NCBI RefSeq assembly: GCF_000372725.1
Contig: NW_005201287.1
Span: forward strand, 961,081-1,025,080
Source: Emiliania huxleyi CCMP1516
Lineage: Eukaryota
DNA length: 64,000 bases
Direction: 5' to 3'
Below are positions 57,402-64,000 of the stretch, piece by piece (within the stretch, counting starts at the first letter, position 1; every line of letters starts with the position of its first letter). Below the pieces are notes generated by a model that was given only the letters and a program-made list of their open reading frames with translations, did no database searches and was not told where the DNA came from. A program made the position numbers and the translations under genes.

Positions 57402-58408
57402 CTCCTATCTCACAGGCTGAGACTGCACTGCGCCACCGCACGCGCTGTGTCCGCCGCGCCAATCGCCCCGCGTGACTGTTTCGGCCGAAGTCTTTGGCTC
57501 TTCGAAAACAGGCAACCGACGGTCCGGGTGACGGTCCGGGTGCTGGTACTGAGGTTCCTCGTTCGGGTACGGCTCTATATCGTGACAGCTGTGTGAGCTG
57601 TCCTGATGGCGATAGGACTACCGCTGGGATGTCGTTGGTTCGCCTCCTTCCGTTCGGCGTGGCTCACCCTTGTACAAAACTCAAGAGAAGAAATCTAGCT
57701 CTGACAGTGACTTGGGCTCGGCAGCTTGTCGACTACCAGCCGACGCCGGAGTCGGTACCGTAGCCGAGATGGAGAGAGAGAGAGAGAGAGAGAGTTTGTT
57801 GCCGAGAGGATGGTCGCCGAGGGTGTCGAAAATGTCATCCCTTGTACGGCTCTATGTGTAGTATGTATCAAAGGTGAAAATACAGCCAGGCTCGGACGGG
57901 ACACCCTCCATGCTGTGAAGAGGCGCCCGGTGCATCCGATCCTACTCTCGCTGCCCACGGGCGCGGCCTTCATCCAGAAGAACCTGCGCACCACCCTGAC
58001 GAGAGAGGGCATTGGCACGCGTGGGCCTCAGAGACAGAGTTGGCGGTGGGGCGTGGGGGAGAGAGGTGGAGGCGCGGTGAGGCACACCCTATTTTTTCTC
58101 AGCAAGACCTCCCGGCCGGTAGACACACAGATGCGTGCCCCGCTCTGCCACAAAGAATACAAACACAAAACGGTGCACAAATCCGTCACAACCGCGTGGA
58201 CGCCTACGCTCCACCGGTTCGCATAGAGAGAGCGGCCCCTCGGCAACTCTGTTAACTGGCGCCCACATCCACCCACATCAGTTCCGTCCGTGTTTTTATG
58301 TGCCGCCCAGCCTGCGGCTCAAGGGGGGTGCGGGAAGGGGGCGACGCGGCCGCGGCCCGCGCCGCCCAGACACGTGCATGGTTGCGCGTCTCGAGACGCG
58401 CAGTGTGC

Positions 58409-61252
58409 TCACGGCACAATCATGTCCCCGCCGTAGATGAGGGCGCGACGCTCCTCGAGGCCGAGCCGGCCGAGCTGGCGGTGCATGCGGTTGAGGGCGA
58501 CCGAGCCCGTCACAAAGTCGGCCGCCTGGAGACCGAAACAGGACTCGTGTGAGGGCGGGGCACCCTCCCAGCCCAACCCTCTCGCCCGCTCGCCCACCTC
58601 CACGGGCGGCAGCGAGGCCGGCAAATTGAGCGGCGGCGGCGGCAGCGGGGCCGGCGCCGCGGGCGCGTCGGAGTCGGCGCTCCCGCCGGTGCGGGCGAGC
58701 ATCGCGGCCGTCACGGCGGCGAGGGCGGTCGAGCGGAAGTCTGGTCGCGCCGCGCGCGCGATTGCAGCGTCGTAGACGGATCGCCACTCGCTCAGCTCGC
58801 GCCGGAGCAGCTCGGTGGCGCTCTCGAGGACCTGGCGCGTGGTGAGGAGCACCGTCCGCTTTGAGTGGAACCAGAGCGTGCCGTAGTTTGGCTCCGCGTT
58901 GATGCAGAGCTGCCAGAGCCGCTCGACGTCCGCGTCGGGCGCGCCGACCAGCATCATGAGCCGCAGGTACTCGATGAACGAGTCGCCGTACTGCGGCGTG
59001 AACTCGATGGCGAAGTCGAGGAAGTTGTGCGCCGCCTCGAGGTTGAAGCAGTCGGAGAAGGGGTTGAGGCAGATGCGCGCGCCCTCGCACCACACCTCGC
59101 CCGACTTGGGAACCTCGAGGAGGGCCTGCTGGAAGACGCGCAGCTGGTGGTGCACGCCCGACGCCTGCTCGAGCTGGATGAGCACCGCCCACAGCCGGCC
59201 GGTGCCGCGGTGCACCTCGAGCGCGCGCCGCGCCTCCCGCAGCGCGCGGCTGGTCGCCTCGGAGCGCATCTCCAGCAGGACCGACTCGAGAAACACCTTC
59301 CACTCGGAGCGCGCCGACTTTCGCGCCGAGCGGAGCAGGCCGCGCGCCGCCTCGATGTCGCCGCGCAGCTCGTAGAGCCGCGACTGCTCGAGCATCACGA
59401 TGGCGCGCGTCTTTGGCGGCGACTCGGCGAGCGCGCGCTCGAGCAGCGCCTGCGACACGTCGAAGCGCGAGTAGCTGAGCTCGGAGCGCGCGCCGCCGAG
59501 CCAGACCTTCCAGCGAAGGTTCGGCGCGCACGCGCCCACCGACTTGACGTATGCGCTGCGCGAGCGGGCGAGGTTGCCGTTCCTCTCCTCCACCTGCGCC
59601 GCCTCGAACCACAGCTTCCACACGAGGTCCTTGGAGATGTGGCGGACGCCGCGCTCCACGTGCGCCCGCGTCGCGTGGACGAGCTCGTGCCGGTTGGGCA
59701 GCGCGCACTCGAGCAGCCGCATCACGCTGAACCAGAGCGGCCCGTAGCGCGGCAGCTGCTTGAGCCCCTCCTCCGCCACGCGCAGCGCCTCCTGCGGGTG
59801 GCCGCACCGCTGCTCGAACCGGCACGCCTCAAACCACACGGGCCCGTACCACGGCGCCGCGTGCAGCAGAAACTTGAAGACGCGTCGTGCCATCGCCGTC
59901 TCCCCGGCGCGCGCCTCGAGGAGCGCGCCCTCGAGCACGGTGCGCCACGACTGGTTGACGGGGACGTACTGCAGCTGGGAGAGGAGCGAGCGCGCCGCGC
60001 GGAGCTCGCCCATCCGCTCGAGGTGCTTGATGCCCTTGAGCATCAGTGCCTCGTGGTAGGGGCAATGCCGCAGCCCGAGCGTGAGGATCTTCTCGCAACG
60101 GCTGAAGTGCCCTCGCTCCTCCTCCATCTTTGCAAACTCGAGCCACGCCTGCGGCGCGGTCGGCTGGAGCTGCGTCGCCATCCGGTAGAGCTGCCGTGCT
60201 CGCCCAAAGCTCTTCTCGCGCTTTGCGAGGTCCGCCATCTCGAGGTGCACACGCCAGTGCACCGCCTCCGGCAGGTCGTGCAGGCACCGCTCGGCCAGCT
60301 GCTGCGCATAGCGCGCGCCCCGCACCTGCGTCTCCTTGGAGCGCAGCGTGTGCGAAAAGTCCTTGTACACAGCGCGGGAGCGCGGCGACATTGCGAGGTC
60401 CTTGCCTCGCGCGTCGCCTCTCCCGGACGGATCACAGGAGGAGCAGTACGAGGGGCCCGGGCCCGCGCCTCCGCGCGCGCCCATCTCGCCGCTCCTCAGG
60501 GCGACGCCCGCCTGAGGCATCGGCACACCCACCCGTCCGGCGCCCATGCTCCCCGCGGCGGAGGGCATCTGCTGCCGCTGCATGCCCGCGGCATCGAGCC
60601 CGCAGCAGGAGCCGCCGCCCTGCAGCGCGGCGGAGGGCGGCCAGCCGCCACACTGCGGCGGAAGCGCGTACTCCCTGCCCTGCGCTTGCTGCGGCATGTG
60701 CGAGAGCGGCGGGGGCGGGGGCGGCGGGGGCGGCGGCGGGGGGGGCGGCATCTGCTGTCTAGGCTGCTGTAGCTGCTGCTGCTGCGGAAGCGGCGGCTGG
60801 TTGAAGGGCGGGAACGCGCCCGGCGGCCGAAGGTGCCCCGCCTGCTGCTGCGCCTGGAAGGGGGGCAGCGGCAGCGGCAGCATCGGCGGCTGCGAGCCCT
60901 GCCCCATGTGCACCGGCAACGCGCCCGGCAACGGCGGCATGCCACCCAATGCCATGTGCTGTGCCGGCGCCGGCTGTCCGGCGACGCTGGGAGACGTCCG
61001 CAAGGAGCAGCGCCCCGCGCTGGGCGGCCGCGTGTGGGGGCCGCTGAGGGCGGCGCCGCTGCAGGTGGAGTCGCCGCCACTTGAGCGGAGCGAGCCGGCA
61101 GAAGCGCCAATCGAAAACTGCGGCGCGCCCATGCCGTACGGGACGGAAGGGAGGCCTCCGCTCGGCGGCCGAACGACGGCGCCGCCACTCCCAGGCCGCG
61201 TCGGCAGGGCGCTTGATGAGGCAGGGCTGCCGAGGCTGGGCGGCGGTGGCGG

Positions 61253-61283
<31 letters not shown>

Positions 61284-62617
61284 GGCGGCGCACCCGCCCG
61301 GCTGCTGATGGATGCCGAGGGCTTGCACGCGCCGCTCGGGATGTTGGTGTGCTGCTCGTGGTGCGCGGGGCCGGCCTGCATCGGCTGCGACGCCGACGGC
61401 GCGCCGACTGTCATGATGCCGCCCCAAGACTTGGACGGCGAGGGCATCTCGGGGCCCCAGACCGGGCCGCCCGCGGCGGGGTCGGGCAGCGCGCCGCCGC
61501 TGCCGCCGCCGTTGCCGCCGTTGCCGCCCCAGAGGTTGTACCCGTTGAGCCCCGACGGCGGGTCGCTCGCGGTGCGCCGGTGCGTGGGTCGGGGCGCCTC
61601 GGCTGGAGCGGGAGGAAGGGGCTCGACGGGGCCAGCCGCGCGTGGCTGCTCCCAGGAGCCGACATCCAGCAATCGCAACCGGTTCGCCAGATCGACATCC
61701 TCGATGCCAGCGCCGACGAGCTGGTGCGTGGCCGCATCGGGCGCGCCGCCAAACAGCGAATGGCCCGAGCCGGCGTCGCCGAAGAGCGAGTCGATCTGCG
61801 AGCGGACCGCAGCCTGCCCGTCTGCCGACCCGCCGCCGCTGCCAGCCTCCGGCCACGCCGCGGCCGCAGCAGCGGGCGCCACCGCGGGCGCCGCGGGTGC
61901 CGGCGCTTCGGAGCCGATCTCCGCCGCCTCTGGCGGCGCGGGCGCCGTGGCCGACGCGGCGCGGTCGGACTGCGCCTCGGCAGACCTTGGATTGGGGCTG
62001 GTGGTGGCGTCGCGCTGGAGCCGCACGCACAGCATCGCGTGCGCCAGATCGCCGGCGGCGGAATCGTCGCCGCCCATCTGCGAGGAGGCGTCCGTGCCGA
62101 CCGTCGCAGCCACGGACGTCTCGTCCTCCTCGCCCCCCTCCTCGTCGTCGGAGCACGCCGATCCGGCGCTCAGCCGCTGCGCGCGGTCGTCGGGCGAGCT
62201 CAGCTTTGCGATGGGCACGAAGGCAGCGACGTACACCTCCTTGCGCGGGATGGTGGCGCTGACGTCCTGGTACGACGCGCGCGCGCTCCGGGCGGTCAGT
62301 TCGCCGCCTCCGCGCGCCGCGCGCCCGCAGGGGGGGGAGGGGGGTCGCGCGCGCACCGCAAATCGCTGGCAGCGGTCGCCGCGCAGCTGCGCGGAGGCCT
62401 CGGTTTTTTCACCGAGGATGCGACAGATCTCTGGCTCCGAGACGTCATGGTTGTCATCCGTCGGATCGTACAGCTGCCGCGAGAAGACCTGCCAGCTGCT
62501 CGTGCTGTGCGTAAACGCGAGCGCGGCGCTGCTGCCCGTGGGGTCGACCTCGGTCGAGCCGGCCGCTGCAGGGTCCACCCCTGCAGCAGCCGCCTCCGCC
62601 CCGGCCGGGCCGGTCAT
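58409..62617 (-). CDS. Large HAT/TPR-repeat protein (PRP6-like C-terminal half) with a Pro/Gln/Gly low-complexity N-terminal half
   Basis: Repeats AWLEFAKMEEERG, VWFEACRFEQRCG, LWFEAAQVEERNG, EVPKSGEVWCEGAR, CINAEPNYGTLWF. Confidence 0.85.
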
Positions 62618-63492
62618 CCGCCCACAAGGGGAGGGGCCTCGCCAGCGCTGGAAATTTCGAGAGCTCTAGGCGCTGGCTTGACCGGGCTGGAAACGAACGA
62701 CCTGTGAATAGTGCGATTTCGAGCCCGAAAGGGCGGCCCGCCCTCGACCTTGCTCTACATGGTAACGGATAAGAAGAGAAACTCTATGCACCGGGACACG
62801 CTGTGGTTCAGACGTCCCCCCCCTCGACGCAGTCGAGTGACTCACATGAATAGGGAGGAGAAAGTGTCCCCCACATATCACCACAGACGCAGCACAGGCA
62901 GGGGCTCCAATCCTGTCCCAGCCTGGGGGCCTCGGCTAGATCTCCAGTGGGGAGTGCGAGGGCTGGATCGACTGCAGCGAGAGTGTGGGTTGTGGACCGT
63001 CCCAGGGATAGCGTGTGGCATAGATGTTCCCCTGGAAGCAACCCCTGCCTAGACGAGTACAGCTAAAGAGTACCCGGGGCTCCCCACACGGAGGGCCCTT
63101 GCGGAAATCCCCGCAAAGCACCGGCATTCCTTGCCCAGCTCAAACTCGGCGCAGTCTCGGCCGGCGCGCGCTCCTGCGCGGCCACCTAAATTCCCGAGTC
63201 GCTGCACCCCGCCAGAGCACCCACCCACCTTGCCGCCACAAGCAGGAGCGGCGGTAGAAGTCGAAACGTGCGCCGCACGGCCGCCTCGCTTGAACGGCCG
63301 CTTCCGCAGAGTCGACCGATAGCCGCCGCGCTGCACACCCGGCCACAGCCTGACCACCCCGCGCGGACACAGGGCGCACTGTAGCCCTGCTGGACTGCCC
63401 GGCCGCTCACACACCGCCTCGGCCGCCCACACCAACGCACAGACCCGCCTGCGCCCGGCGGTGACTCGTGCGACCGCTGCCCCTGCAGGACC

Positions 63493-64000
63493 ATGGACGC
63501 CGGCGCGGACGCTGACGTGGAGATGGAGACGGACGAAGAGAGCGCGGACGAGGGCCGCAGCGGCGAGGAGAGCGAGCACGAGGGTTCTCGTCGTGAGAAC
63601 TTCGACCCTGTCGTGGATCGGCAGAATCTCGCCCGGTCGGACCCGCATGGACCCTTCGAGGTCACCGCGCTCTGGGAGCTGCTGAGGTCGCCACGCTACG
63701 AGGTGACCGTTCCTCTCAAGGGCGGTGGCAGGCGTGCGCACGCGCCCGCACCGCCGCGGGCGTTGGGGGAGGGTGGGATCTCACACTTCCGCTCTCTCCG
63801 CTGCCTGCGCAGTTGCCGAGTCAAGCTGCGCCTCGGCTGGCGCTGGGCCGAGCTGCTCGGTCTTCTCGCCGCGGCCCTGGACAAGTCTATGGCTGCACTC
63901 GCCGGCGGCAGCGGCCCTATCGACCTCGGCGATGCGCCGTGCTCGCGGTCGCAGCACGCCAACGCCATCCTCTCCCACGCCACCTACCTCCTCGGCGTGG
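63493..64000 (+). CDS. 5' part of a hypothetical protein with an acidic N-terminus; runs off the window
   Basis: MDAGADADVEMETDEESADEG...FEVTALWELLRSPRY; likely GC-AG intron near 63732-63812; continues RVKLRLGWRWAELLGLL... Confidence 0.55.
   Translation, partial: MDAGADADVEMETDEESADEGRSGEESEHEGSRRENFDPVVDRQNLARSDPHGPFEVTALWELLRSPRYEVTVPLKGGGRRAHAPAPPRALGEGGISHFRSLRCLRSCRVKLRLGWRWAELLGLLAAALDKSMAALAGGSGPIDLGDAPCSRSQHANAILSHATYLLGV

Noticed and set aside
58865..62707. Long plus-strand ORFs (635, 707 and 452 aa)
   Set aside because: Antisense shadows of the HAT-repeat gene, caused by stop-poor high-GC sequence.

Overview
Eukaryotic, very GC-rich nuclear DNA, not prokaryotic. The high GC, TTAGGG repeats, short GC-AG introns and 10-11 bp intronic repeats suggest a haptophyte of the Emiliania/Gephyrocapsa huxleyi type (inference). 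About 25 protein genes are readable: ADP-ribosyltransferase, PPR-like protein, MATE, TPT-family transporter, DUF707-like protein, RING protein, MFS, FN3/Pro-rich surface protein, atypical Hsp70, GH27 alpha-galactosidase, AMT ammonium transporter, chalcone-isomerase-like protein, WD40, FNR-family reductase, GNAT-MJ1316, VOC-GILT fusion, glycine cleavage H, SWSAP1-like ATPase, BspA-type LRR, 7TM protein and HAT/TPR protein. There are also several dispersed repeat families. The most striking signal is a systematic intron architecture. Many ~64-100 nt introns begin with a copy of the first ~16-43 nt of the exon that follows them, then carry a filler and end in AG. The fillers are telomeric CCCTAA arrays, a shared AT-rich ~48-mer, or 11-bp repeats. 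The copies range from identical to heavily decayed, which looks like an ongoing, duplication-driven intron-creating mechanism. Exon/intron models were inferred by eye from frame restoration and need transcript confirmation.
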